A stretch of 64,000 nt of DNA, from the NCBI GenBank assembly GCA_964019335.1, contig OZ025751.1, positions 62,001 through 126,000 of the forward strand. Reading direction: 5' to 3'. Below are positions 45,172 to 56,819 of the stretch, piece by piece. The DNA is from Diplonema japonicum (Eukaryota; Protista; Euglenozoa: Diplonemea). The number at the start of each line of letters is the position of its first letter. The stretch's first letter is position 1. The position numbers and the translations under genes are program-made. Under the pieces are notes generated by a model. The model was not told the origin of the DNA and searched no databases. It saw nothing but the letters and a program-made list of their open reading frames with translations.

Positions 45172-46205
45172 GAGCTCGTCCGGGAAAAAATGTCAACAAA
45201 AGACCCTCCTATGCGGCGGAAAACCCCCGTTAAATTTCTAAGTAAAAAAGTAGTCCGACACCACTTTGTGTGCAGAAATGCAGTCTAAGCTTGAACACCA
45301 TATAGGTCAAAATGCTCGCCGTTTGTTTTATTTTTTAAAACGCACGTGCAAAAACATGTTTTTTAGAATGGTTTTTGGCAAACGATTCAATTTGGAAGTT
45401 ACAAATAACCCAGACTCCATTTTTTTTATTTTCGTTTTTCCGTGAAAAGCGACAGGAGGAATGGACGCAGATTGAAAATCTGTGAAACCTTTGGGGTCAT
45501 TTTGGGTGGGCTGGACTCTAAATCACTATTAAAATGGGGTGGGGAGAACTTACCCTTAATGTGCCATTTTGGCCTATTTAAGGCTAAAATCCCTTTAAAA
45601 CCCCTTAAAAAAGCAAGTTTTTCACTTTTAAAGTATTATGAGTGCAGAAGAAAAGGAAAAACCTCAGCAGATGGGTAGAGAATGAAAGTTTGACCCCAAA
45701 GATACCAATGTCGAAGCTCTGCATGAGCAGGCAAGTGTTAAGAATTGGTTTTTCTGAAAAAGGCCAAAATCCCTTAGGAGCCTCTTAAAAAAGCCAAAAG
45801 ATACGGTGTAAAAAACCGGATTTTCGGGGGCTATGCGGCGCCATATATTTTTCGCTAAGTACTTTTAACAGTAACCCGACCCTGGGTTGTACCCAGGGGG
45901 TCACAAGTGCGCTTGATCACCAATTTTATGCACCCTAGATGCTGCATTTTAAGCAATAAAATTGCATTTTAAACATTTTTCGCCGTTTTTCTGACCTCTA
46001 TTTTTTCGCCTCCCGGGGGCAGCCGGTTGCAAAGCCTGCCACCCTCATGGCAAAACAAGCATCGCAATTGAAGGAACGGCGTCATGTACACCATGTATGT
46101 CATCTTCCTATGGCTGCATGCTGCCCTTTTTTTGCTCAAATAATCAAAACAAGAAATTTTCGGAGGTGCCCAAAAAAGTGTTGACATTTTCGTCCGGACG
46201 AGCTC
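45172..46205. mobile_element. Non-autonomous DNA transposon with GAG...CTC termini, ~28-bp TIRs and ATAT target duplication (Sola-like)
   Basis: GAGCTCGTCCGGgaaAAAATGTCAACA from 45172 is the inverse of 46179-46205 (3 mismatches); ATAT at 45168-45171 and 46206-46209. Confidence 0.8.
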
Positions 46206-47625
46206 ATATAGATTTTTTTTTTTTTTTTTTTTTTTTTGAAGACTGTTGTAGAAAAAAAAAAAAAAAATTGGTTGAGAGAGAGGGGGGGGGAAGGGAATGG
46301 GTTTTAAAAAGAACGGGAAAAAAAAAAAAAAAAAAAAAAACTGTCGTGACACTGTCGATTTGTTTTTTTTTTTTTTTCCTCTTTTTTTTTCTTCTTTTTT
46401 TTTTCGATAAGTTTTCCCGTTCATCATTAAAAAAAGGAAAACATATATGAGTTAAAGGAAAACAGAAGCAACGGGGAGCAGGGGGACAACAGGGAGGGGG
46501 GGTAGAAAAACATGGGTATGACCGATACAAATTTATGAAATGTGGAAGGAAAAAAAAAGGGGAGAAAGAACAAAATAGAATAAATAACATTCCGTTGTTG
46601 CATTTGGTGTGTGGGGGGTTTTTTTTTTTTTCTCTCTCTTTTTTTTTTTCTTCTCGCAGACACATATATTTTCCTTTTTCAGCTGATTTTTTTTTCCTGC
46701 CCCCTCCCCCCCCCACTCCCCTCTCTTCCATCTCTCGTGAACTATTTGTTTTTTTTCTTCCTCATTTTTTTTTTTTTTTGTTTACAATCAATTCCTTTTA
46801 ACTCTCAATGGCTTGAAGCTAAAACAGAAAAATTTAGATTCAATTCTGCAAATAATGGCACATACCACACTATTTATTATTATTATTATTTTACTCATTG
46901 GAAGCACATTGGACGTTACTGGAAAAGGAAGAAAAAAAAAAATAGTTCTATCAAAAGGGGAAAGAAGAGAGACTAAAGAAAGGAGGGTGGGAGGAGAGGG
47001 GGGGAAATATTAAAAAAGAGGTACCAACGAAACGAAAATTTTGAAAGCGACCGCCCACACTCACGTCAGACAACCGGACCACTCACTGAAAGAAGGGAGG
47101 GAGCAAAAAAAAAAAAGAAAAAAAAAAAGAAAGGAAAACATCTAAAAGATTGTACTCTTTGGTTTACATTCTCCTCCCATCCCCACTACTTTTGTTTCTT
47201 TCTTTTTTTTTTTTCTTTGGAGAAAAAAAAATTTGCGAAACAACTTTGAACGAGATTTAGGTCTCATCGCAAAAGAAAAAAAAAAAAAAAAAAAACAACA
47301 ACAAAGAAATAATTAGGAATATACCCTCCTATTGTTGAGATGATATCATTAATTTGCTTGTGGGAAGGGGGGGAAGGGAAAAAAAAAAAATGGAGAAAGG
47401 GAGAGCCTTACCTAAATAGAAAACAATTTTTTTTTCCCCCGTCTCCCCTTGGCGCTTATATCTCATATCCTTTCCCGCCCCTGGTGAAACATACTCCCCC
47501 CCCCCAACCCCCCCAACCACAAATGCAACAGAATATTCTGTAACCACACAGCCCGAACGGAAAGGTGGCGTGTGCAAAAAAAAAAAAAAAAAAAAGAAAA
47601 AGAAAACTATTCTTTTGAGATATGC

Positions 47626-47658
<33 letters not shown>

Positions 47659-47706
47659 GCTTAGGTACCTGTCCCGCAAGCCATTCGATGCTGCTCGTAG
47701 TTTCGA

Positions 47707-47737
<31 letters not shown>

Positions 47738-47742
47738 GTATC

Positions 47743-49509
47743 TTAGAAATCAAGTCCCAGATGAGGCTCTTCTCTCACAGGCTCTTGCCTCTCTATTATG
47801 TCCCTCAGGTGCTCCTCCTCATCCGTGAGCGATAGTTTGGTGGCGAGTAGCCTCCTCGCCTCGTCCACAGCCCCGTTCAAATATTTCTTCCCCACTTCAT
47901 TATACACCTCCCACTCGTTCAACGGAAGTTGGTACATCCACTCGCTATTGGGAACTGAGATGGTAGGTCCATCAGTATGGGAACAAGCCTCGTAGAGCAG
48001 GATGAGCTGGCCTTGGTAAGAGGTCTTCGTGAGTATTAGCTTAAATCGAATAAGGTGGCTGACCTCGCGGTAGATTCCCCCCGTGGCCACTATGGGGATG
48101 GATCGCGTTTTCCCGATTCTCTCGGCGATGGTAGCGTGGAGGAGCGACGGTCCGATTGTAGAAAACGATTTCAACTCTTCGCTTCCAAACGGCCCGCAAA
48201 ACGCCATTCCGGTCGACGCAGCAGAACTAAAATCACAGATTTCACTCGAAATGTCGAACAGCGCGAGAATCGCATTTACAGAATGCGACCCGCATTTTCT
48301 AGCTGCGTTGAATGATCCATATACATGATCGCCTTGAACCAAACCGATCACCCCGGATCGTTTTTCGAAGGAAAGCGTGACTTTTGAAATATATTCATGG
48401 AAGATGACCTCGTAGCGGAGAAGGTCTGATTTAATTTTGTTGTGGGAACCTATTAAGTTTAACAGAACGAACGACCCGGATCGTTTCGTCACGGATATGG
48501 GGAGAGTTGTCTCGCAAACGTTTGCGCTGTCGGGGTTTCGCAGGCTCGCGGATTTCGAGATGGTGTGGAAATCATTGCTGAGGGACTTTCCACCGTCGTC
48601 GCTTTGCTGACCATCCGCGTCTGTTTGTGAAACGTGAGTCACACTCTCATCATCCATGTCTTGCTGTTGCAAACACGTTCTTGGAAGATAGGATTTGTAC
48701 TCCTTGAGATTTCGAATAATTCTGGTGTACGCATCTTCAAGACCTTCTGGAAGAGAAGCGTCTTTAATGATTATCTCGGCTGAGGTCACGTCGAATCTGG
48801 AAAGAGATTCCGCGATGTTTTCCGAAGCTATGATGACCGATCGCATGTTTTCTTGTTGAGTTCTTGCTTCATTCGCAAACCGCCTTGTAAAGAAGAAATC
48901 CAGCAAAAAAACGTAGAATTTTGTAGCGAGCTCCGCGGCTGCCGACACTACGCTTTCCTTGCAAGGGGGTTCTTCGCAGTTCAACGAATTTGTCCTTACC
49001 TCCTTCGACGCGAAGATTCCCGTGTTGAAAAATCCAGTTCCCACCTGCAGCTCGAATTCTATGTAAAGCAACCATACAATGACTAGTGCCACGATGCCTT
49101 TCGACACTGCCTCTCTCACATTTAAAACAAGACACAGATCGATAAGTATGATAAAAAGTGGCCATCCTCTGGAACGGCCGAGCTCATTCACCACTCCGTT
49201 AAGGTCCAGCATCAGGAACACCAAGCCTGCTCCTGTGAGGACTGCTTCTATGAACGAATCGTTTACCCGCTTGAAGACCAGCAGGTAGAACAGGCATAGG
49301 AAGGACACAATGGAGCCCCACCCATATGCTGCAAGCCGAAGCTTGTCAAAGGAGTCAAAGCCGATTGGAAGAACCGTAAAGCTTATTACCGCCCCTACCG
49401 CACCCAATATGAACATCAACCTCTTCCGAAGCCTGGTCAGCTCGTTGTCAGAGCCTCGGACCGCACAGTTCAGCACCTTGTTCAAACCCTTTAACATAAA
49501 TGCCTCCAT
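47743..49509 (-). CDS. Multi-TM receptor-like protein with degenerate class III nucleotidyl cyclase domain
   Basis: Start MEAFMLK at 49509; about 6 TM segments, then LKEYKSYLP, GDHVYGSFNA and TGMAFCGPFG...IGP. Confidence 0.75.
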   Translation of the reverse strand: MEAFMLKGLNKVLNCAVRGSDNELTRLRKRLMFILGAVGAVISFTVLPIGFDSFDKLRLAAYGWGSIVSFLCLFYLLVFKRVNDSFIEAVLTGAGLVFLMLDLNGVVNELGRSRGWPLFIILIDLCLVLNVREAVSKGIVALVIVWLLYIEFELQVGTGFFNTGIFASKEVRTNSLNCEEPPCKESVVSAAAELATKFYVFLLDFFFTRRFANEARTQQENMRSVIIASENIAESLSRFDVTSAEIIIKDASLPEGLEDAYTRIIRNLKEYKSYLPRTCLQQQDMDDESVTHVSQTDADGQQSDDGGKSLSNDFHTISKSASLRNPDSANVCETTLPISVTKRSGSFVLLNLIGSHNKIKSDLLRYEVIFHEYISKVTLSFEKRSGVIGLVQGDHVYGSFNAARKCGSHSVNAILALFDISSEICDFSSAASTGMAFCGPFGSEELKSFSTIGPSLLHATIAERIGKTRSIPIVATGGIYREVSHLIRFKLILTKTSYQGQLILLYEACSHTDGPTISVPNSEWMYQLPLNEWEVYNEVGKKYLNGAVDEARRLLATKLSLTDEEEHLRDIIERQEPVREEPHLGLDF

Positions 49510-49538
49510 TTTACCCAGTCGCACATCTACTTCCAACC

Positions 49539-49569
<31 letters not shown>

Positions 49570-51250
49570 TTTTTCCCCTCTTTTTTTTTTTTTTTTTTTG
49601 AAGCAAAACGAAAATATAAAAAAAAAAAAAAAAAAAAAAAAAACAAGGCCAAAACTTTTTTTAAAAAGAAAAAAAAAAGGAAGGGGGGAAGTATGAAGCA
49701 TGAAACGGGGGGGGAAGAGGGGGGGGAAAAAAAATAAAAAATAAAAAGCGGGTGGGAAGGGGAGGGGAGAGAGAAATTCTGAACACCGTATATGTAGGGG
49801 GGGAAAATGGGGGGCAGACAAAAAAAAAGAGGGGAAGGAGAAAAAGAACTTTGGAGGTTATAGAGAAGGTCTAGGCAAAGGGGTGGGGAAAAAAAACTGA
49901 TTGGAGAAGAAAAAAAAAAAAGACAGCCTAGTGGGGGGGGGAAAAGGAAGTAAAAGTTACGAGAAAAGTAACCGGAAAAAAAAAGGGGGGAAAGGGTGGG
50001 GGGAACAAGGGAAGGGGGTGTTTTTTTTTTTTGGGCCTGGGCGTACCGAGCCAAAAGCAATAGAACAAGAGAGAAAAAAAAAAGGGGGGGAGGATGGATG
50101 GGTGCGAAATTGGACTACATTTGGAAGGGGGTTGTTGGCGAAGTACTAAGAAAAAAGGAAAAAAAAATTGAAAAAAAAAAAAATAGAGAGAGAGAAGAGA
50201 GAGAGAGGAAAAAAAAGGGAGCAAAGTAAAAAAAGCACGTGGAGTCAGGAAACGGAAGTTTTTTTTATCCTCCCACCACAATGCAATTCTTATTTTCTTC
50301 CCATTCCCCCCCCCCCCCCCCCCTCCCTCCCCCTCCCTTTTTTTTCTTCTTTTTCCTCTTTCGTACTCCTGCCATCAATCTGGGAGAAAAACCAGTGGGT
50401 AGAATGTGAGAAAGGGGTGGGGGGGAAAAAGTGAATATACGGGACCAGAGGAAAAAAAAAAAAAAAAAACGGGGTTAAAAAAAAAAAGAAAGAAATCGTG
50501 TACAGGAAGAAAAGGGGCCCAGGAAAGAGTAAGGAATGATGAGGGGGTAAAAAAAAATCTCTTTTTTTTTTGCCCTCTTTTTTCCCTTTCTCAATTCACT
50601 CTATAGATGGTTGTAATATTTTTATTTTTTTTCATCGGAGAAAAGTTGTTTTTTTTTCAATCAAAAAGTTGGGTGAAGGTAAATGGGGGGGGGGGGGGAA
50701 GAGAAGAAGTGACAAAGCGACTTTTACATTTTATTCACATCGATAAGGAAAATCCCCCCCCCCCCCTTTCTCACCTCATTGATGCCTGTGAGCATAGCTC
50801 CTCTCATTTTTTATCTTACTTTTTTTTTTTTACATGTTCACTCTTCTAAGTCCGTGACCGTCTTTCTATTCATCATTTTTTCGTCAACTCTATCTTTTTT
50901 TTTTTATATTGCCAATGTGAATTGTAAAAATCGAAAGTCCTTTTTATTTGTTTTCATTTTTTTTTTCTTCCTTCTTCGTGGGAGAGATGGAAGGGCCTTC
51001 TTTTTTTTTCCTCCCACCACCCTTCTCTTTTTTTCCTTCTCCAAAAAAAAAAAAAAAATGACGAATGAAAAAAAAAAAAAAAAATGGGGGGAACAAAAAA
51101 AAATATTACAAAAAAAAAAACGGGATTCTTTTGTTGTGAAAGAAAAAAAAAAAAAAGAGTTATACAAAAAGGGGGGGGGATAAAAAATACACTCATATGG
51201 GGGGAGAAGGAAGGGGGGGATTTTTTTTTTTTTTTTTTTATAATGAATAT

Positions 51251-51767
51251 TTACCAAGGGCGTTGGGGTTCCGCCACCACCATCAGGATTTCAATAAAGG
51301 CCCAGTACCACATCGCGAGGTACAAGTAGTAGAAAATGAAAAGCAGCAAGATAATGCACCAATCACCCAGAGTGGTACCACAGCATAGGGTTTGACCATC
51401 AGGGTCAGATGTAACAAGATTCGCAGGGTGACAAAGCTTCACGCACTCAACGCAGGGCTCCAAGTAAGTTTCAACGAAGGTAGCTTCGTGGGGCGCTTCC
51501 TCATTTTCCTGTTCTTCAGCAAGCCTCTCCTTCTCCTTCCTTTTCTCCTCTTCCCTCCTTGCCGCTACACCCACGTTGTAGGCATCCCGTTCTTCAGCCC
51601 CAGTGTCAGGGAACCTAGTTTCAACTTTCGGAAGCTGCAAAAAAAAATTGTCCCCCCCCCCCTCTACATACAGCGGCTCCCGAGTACGATGTCCACTGGT
51701 TGGACAAACCTTCCTGGAACACTGCTGCTGTTGATGCATATTTCGCATCCTTTTGTGTGTGTGTGTG

Positions 51768-51798
<31 letters not shown>

Positions 51799-52226
51799 TT
51801 TCAAATAATACATCAGGGATGTTTTCCAGCTTGATTTCGTTCTCAGGCGACATAACCAGCAGACCCCCCGGTGCGACGGAGGAAAGCTGTAGTATGGTAT
51901 GATTATTAATTATTATTATTTTTTTTTTTTTATTTGCATACCCCCTTCTGAGCAGCCTGCCCCATGGCAAATGCCTCCCTTACGCTGGGAGTTTCAGGCA
52001 CTCGCAGGGTGGCGGTCACCTGGGTCACGCTGTTCGCTGCCCTTGCGTTCCACTGATTTTTTTTTTTTTTTCCCTTGGTTTGTCACATACTGCGTCGTCA
52101 ACACCGTTGAGGAAGCACGTCCTGAGCGCCTCCCTGTAGCACTTGTTTGACGCAAGCTTCTTGCCGGCACCACCTTCGTACAGAGCGTACTCAACGGGCA
52201 CCTGAGAAGAGGGAAAGGTGGGGGAA

Positions 52227-52259
<33 letters not shown>

Positions 52260-53050
52260 CCACATACAGAGCACAGCTTGAAAGTTTCAATGTTCACCTT
52301 GGACCAGTCATTCTCGCTGATGGTGATGCACACTGCCTCCTTACCCCTCTTGTAGGCCTCCCTCAGCTCCAAGGTCGACGGGACCGCCTCGTTAGGCTTC
52401 AGGTTCTGTTTTTTTTTTTTTTTTTTTTTTTTTTTTTCCAAGAATTTTTTTTTTTATATCCATACCACGGAAATACCACAGTTGTAGGCCCACCTGAGAA
52501 GGTCGGAACGGGCCCTGCCCAGTTCGCCGAGAGTAGGTTCGTGGGAAAGGCCGGCGACGGTGGTTGTGTCGTCAGCAGGGGTGAGGATGCTCTGGGGGGA
52601 CTGGGCCTGAAGACCAGCCTGGTAAGCGGCACGGACACCACCGTTGGCATCAGGGAAGAGAATGGATAGAGGAGTGGACTGACCGAGACCAAGGAAACCA
52701 TTGGCTGCCGCGTTCTCAAGGGCGGTACCCTTGTCGCCGAACTCAGCAATGCCCTCAAATGGAGGTCCACGGCTGTCCTGCCTCCACTTGTCCCCTGCCC
52801 CTTCGAGCTCCACCGCGCTCCTCTCCCCAACAGTGAAGTAAAACTGGCTTCCGCTCTTCACACCCGAAGGCACGAGAAGCACACAGGACCCGTCCTCATT
52901 CGTGACATACACTTTCGTTTCCACCTTATCCTGGATACCAAGCTTTGCTCTCAGGGAGTCGTAGTTGCTTGCCTGGGTGGTGTCATCCACCGTAAGGGTC
53001 TGCTTGGAGTACCCGCTGGTCCTGGGCTCAATCTCTATGGTCACAGACAT
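51251..53050 (-). CDS. Repeat protein with C-terminal Na+/K+-ATPase beta-like membrane segment, 7 exons, ~493 aa
   Basis: Phase-0 GT-AG introns 52406-52465, 52202-52267, 52053-52090, 51887-51941, 51750-51811 and 51635-51671 give one open frame with recurring RxA(Y/F)xxG motifs and a terminal TM helix. Confidence 0.75.
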
Positions 53051-53203
53051 TTTTTTTTTCTTTCTCTTTTTTTTTTTTTTTCCCCTTCCTTTTTTTTTAT
53101 GTGGAAAAAAACGCGGGCGGGAAGAAAAAAAAAAAAAAAAAAAAAAAAACTAGCTGATAAACCATCGCGTTCTACTAGAAGTTGGGAAAGAGAGGACGGA
53201 ACG

Positions 53204-53241
<38 letters not shown>

Positions 53242-53251
53242 AAGTAAATAC

Positions 53252-54229
53252 TCAGATACTATGGTAGAAAGAGCTCACTTTTTCGACGAAAGCATCCGGC
53301 TGCGCGTTGAACAGCTGGGAGTGTCCTGCAGCGGGGTACCATTCGTCCACAATGTCCGAGCCTACAGCGGCGGCCAGCCTCTGCGTGTGGGAAATCGGCA
53401 CAAAGTGATCGTCTGTTCCGTGCATGAACAAAACAGGAACCGTGAGGGTGTGGGCAATAGAGATGGGAGAGTGTCTGTCAGGGTCATACCCCATTCTGCT
53501 CAAAGCGAGGTTGTGGACAAGGTGGAGGTAAGATGTGGGAACATACGAACGAAGATCTAAAAGTGGGCCTATGAAAGGGTTGGATTCCCGAGCTTTTTGG
53601 GTGGATCTCTCAAGCAGGGGGTCAGGAGCGTGCCCGGACACCTTGTCGAAAACTTTATCCAGAGAATGCTGGATCACTTCTGACCCGCAGCAAAACGGGT
53701 TTTCAAGGATCAAACCATGGATGCTAGACTGCAACTTTGCAGCAGCCAGCATTGCAGATGAGGCTCCTTGAGATGTACCCATTATAACAATTTTCTCGCC
53801 CCCGTTTGATTTTGCGATTTTAACGGCTTCGAGGATGTCTTCATGCTCCTGTACTCCCATTGTGATGCCGCTTTCTTTTGAGACGTCCGTTAAGAGAATG
53901 CTCGCGCTGGTGGTGCGGCGTAGTTCGTTCAGATATTTCAGCATTTCACGTTTGTCATTGCCTGCTCCGTGCACGCCGACAATCCACTCTGAGGACTCCT
54001 TGTCGCCTCGGACCCACCAGTTGTCAGAGATTTGCTCATAGTCCAAACCCCAGTCTTGCTTAGGGTCCGTGGCCTTGCCCATGAAGAAACCCTGCTTCCG
54101 CCGCTCCGGGATCGCGGCGTCCTTCTCCTTGGGCATCCACGAAGGGAAGATAATGTAATCAGTCAAAGAATACGCACTTCCCACAGTGCACCCGAAGGCA
54201 CCTGTGATCACCGCTGCTGAGCGGGCCAT
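53252..54229 (-). CDS. Alpha/beta hydrolase (ABHD-like)
   Basis: VHGAG, GTSQG nucleophile elbow, HGTDDHFVP and AGH. Confidence 0.85.
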   Translation of the reverse strand: MARSAAVITGAFGCTVGSAYSLTDYIIFPSWMPKEKDAAIPERRKQGFFMGKATDPKQDWGLDYEQISDNWWVRGDKESSEWIVGVHGAGNDKREMLKYLNELRRTTSASILLTDVSKESGITMGVQEHEDILEAVKIAKSNGGEKIVIMGTSQGASSAMLAAAKLQSSIHGLILENPFCCGSEVIQHSLDKVFDKVSGHAPDPLLERSTQKARESNPFIGPLLDLRSYVPTSYLHLVHNLALSRMGYDPDRHSPISIAHTLTVPVLFMHGTDDHFVPISHTQRLAAAVGSDIVDEWYPAAGHSQLFNAQPDAFVEKVSSFYHSI

Positions 54230-54672
54230 TTTTTTTTTTTTTTTTTTTTTTCCTGTAGATTTTTTTTTTTTTCAGAAAAAAAAAAACAAGAAAAAAAAAA
54301 ACATAGCTATACAGAGAGAAAAAAAAAACAGAGGGGAGGGGGGGGATAAAAAAAAAGCAGGGAAAATTGACAAGAGAAGAATAATACGAAGGGGGGGAAC
54401 GGGGAGGGGAGGGGGGGGGATATGAAACAACAACGGACTTTCGTTCATTTCTTTTTCCTCTGCATTTTTTTCCCCTCCTCCCACTTTTTTTCCCCCTTAA
54501 AAAGAAAGGGGGGGGGGGAAGGAAATGGGAGGGGTGGAAAGAGGAAAACAAGGAAAGAGATAAAAAAGAAAAATAATTGTTTTTTTTTTTTAAAAAGAAA
54601 AACTAAAAATCTAATTGAATAACACCAAGAAAAAAAAAAGAATGACACCTCTATAATTTTTTCTCCCCCTAA

Positions 54673-55981
54673 TCACTCAGCACGCCACGGGCGAGAAGTA
54701 TGCGCACCCAGATGTGCCTCCAAGTTCTAAAAAAAAAAAATTAAAAAAAAAAAAAAAAACACACCTGTTTTTCAGCACTCCTTTTTGCCCATTCAGGATT
54801 TTCAGGCATCCCGGAGGGCGCTCCAGGATACCCCGCCATCGGCGTGTTTTGGTACATTGGTGGAGACGACGATCCCTGACGACCGCTAGGACTGTACATT
54901 TTTTTTTTTTTTTTTTGTTAAAATTTCCCATCCCCCCCCCGGACACACACCCTCCATAACTAGCGTCTTCCTGATTCGCAGGGTGGAGCATCGTGTTGTC
55001 AATAATAGCAGTGGAGATCCTTTCAGAAAAAAGACCCCTCTGAGGCAACCCTCCTCCTTGCAGCAACGCCAAGGGCGACTCTTCCGACAAAGATGTAACC
55101 TCTTTAGCCAAATGATGGTGCTCGGAAACAGTGGGAACAAACGAAGGCGGGGACAATGGTTTCTGCAAAGCTTTGATAGACCTGTCGCGTCTGCCTAGTT
55201 GGAACTCTTGGCACACGGTCACCTCGTTGGTCCAGTTCTTTCCGGTGTACTTTCCGTTTTCACGTTTTTCATTACTTCTTCGACGAGCTTCGCGTTGCCT
55301 TTCAACGAATTCATCATAGCCCCACGCCCTGCCAGTCCCACCGTAGATCGAGCCTGATTTTTGTTCCCAGGAATAAGGGACTTTGCTGGATCTTGTTTGA
55401 GGTGTGAACGGACAGCCTTCTACTTTTTTTTCCTCGTTTTTCTTCCGTTCCTCGTCGAGCTTCTGTTCTCTCCGCCTTGCCCACTGCGACACCCTGTCGT
55501 AAACCTTCAAAGGATGCGCTGTTTTCGGTATGTTTCTGACAGGTGTCCTTGCCAACATGTCTTGCTGTTGCTGCTGTTGTTTCTTCGTTGCTGTCATTGA
55601 GCTGCCACCGCCCCTCACCGGTGTTGTTTTCGGTGCGGTGCTGGTTTTTCTTGCAGGGGTGGTCCCTGTCATGAACGGGTCAAAGTGATGCGGCCCCGCA
55701 TCGTCGTAAATTGGTCCAGAAGGAACGTCCATGATACCAGGGACGGCTTTCGAAGACATTTGCTGGGTGTATGCCGGGGCTGGTGTTGCATGGGTCGGCG
55801 GGGGCGGGGAGACAGTTGATGGGATGAACCCTCCGAGATCCATGTCGTTCCCCCCTTCTTCAAGGGACACGCCAGCAGGAAGCAGCCCTGCCTCCCGTTG
55901 ATCCCGCTCGACGTTTTCTCTGAAATGACGCAGCGACTCGTTATGCTTGCGCATGGTCTCCTCAAGGTCGAAATCGTCCAT
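54673..55981 (-). CDS. Uncharacterised low-complexity/coiled-coil protein, possibly microtubule-associated, 3 exons, ~403 aa
   Basis: CPFTPQ and TVCQEFQL motifs typical of FAM161/TPX2-like proteins; introns 54892-54950 and 54727-54764 restore a clean C-terminus. Confidence 0.65.
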
Positions 55982-56306
55982 TTTTTCCTTCTTCTTCTTT
56001 TTTTTTTTTTTTTTAAAAATACAACCGCCTTCCTTTTTTTTTTTTTTTTTTAATTGTGGGGATCCAAAAAAAAAAAAAAAGCGAATAAGGGGTGTAAGGG
56101 AAAAAAAAAAAACGAATTAGGATAGTAAAAAAAAAAAAAAAATAAATATGGTAACAAAAAAAATGGGAGGGGAACTAAAGGCATGTTTTTAGCCTGTGGG
56201 GGGGGTGGCAAAAAAAAGCTCCGACGCGTATAGTACAAATACCCCCCCCCCCCCTCCTTTCCCTCCATCGTGTAATCATATATCCCCCCCCCCCCCCCCC
56301 CCACTT

Positions 56307-56819
56307 TTACACCTCAATCCCGGACACCAAACCACATGCAGTACTAAGGTAATGTGTGCCTGTGCCGATGACTCTGGTCTCATACACGTAAACACTCACA
56401 AGGAAGAGGGAGACCATCGGGAGCAAGCTGGGCAAGGATTGTGTGGGCTGAGGGTTGGATGGGAGGAGTAGGTTAAGTAAGATGCTCGCGGGTCTACCTA
56501 TAAGCTGGGTGAGCTCTTTCAGGAGAGATTCAAAGGCAGGGATGGGATCGCCTTCCGTTTCAGTATGTCTCGGGTACTGTGTGCCACCCAGGCCCTCTGC
56601 AGCACCTGCGAGACTGTCCACGTGCCAGGTGACCCGCTTCATCAGATCCTCGTCCTTCAGTATGCTGTTGAAAACCAACGCAAGCTCCCCAGCTGCTTCT
56701 TCACTCATGCCATGGTGCATCAGGTTTGTGCCTACCTTTTGCGCCACTTGTTGTTGTTGTTGTTGCTGCAGTTGTTCACACGGATGGAGCACCAACTCCG
56801 TTGTGCATGCTGTGTCCAT
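56307..56819 (-). CDS. Uncharacterised protein (~170 aa; 3' end uncertain)
   Basis: High-complexity island with ATG after an A-run and a poly-Gln tract. Confidence 0.5.
   Translation of the reverse strand: MDTACTTELVLHPCEQLQQQQQQQVAQKVGTNLMHHGMSEEAAGELALVFNSILKDEDLMKRVTWHVDSLAGAAEGLGGTQYPRHTETEGDPIPAFESLLKELTQLIGRPASILLNLLLPSNPQPTQSLPSLLPMVSLFLVSVYVYETRVIGTGTHYLSTACGLVSGIEV

Noticed and set aside
50835-50880. Possible box C (AUGAUGA) on the minus strand
   Set aside because: No box D at a suitable distance and no rRNA complementarity recognised.
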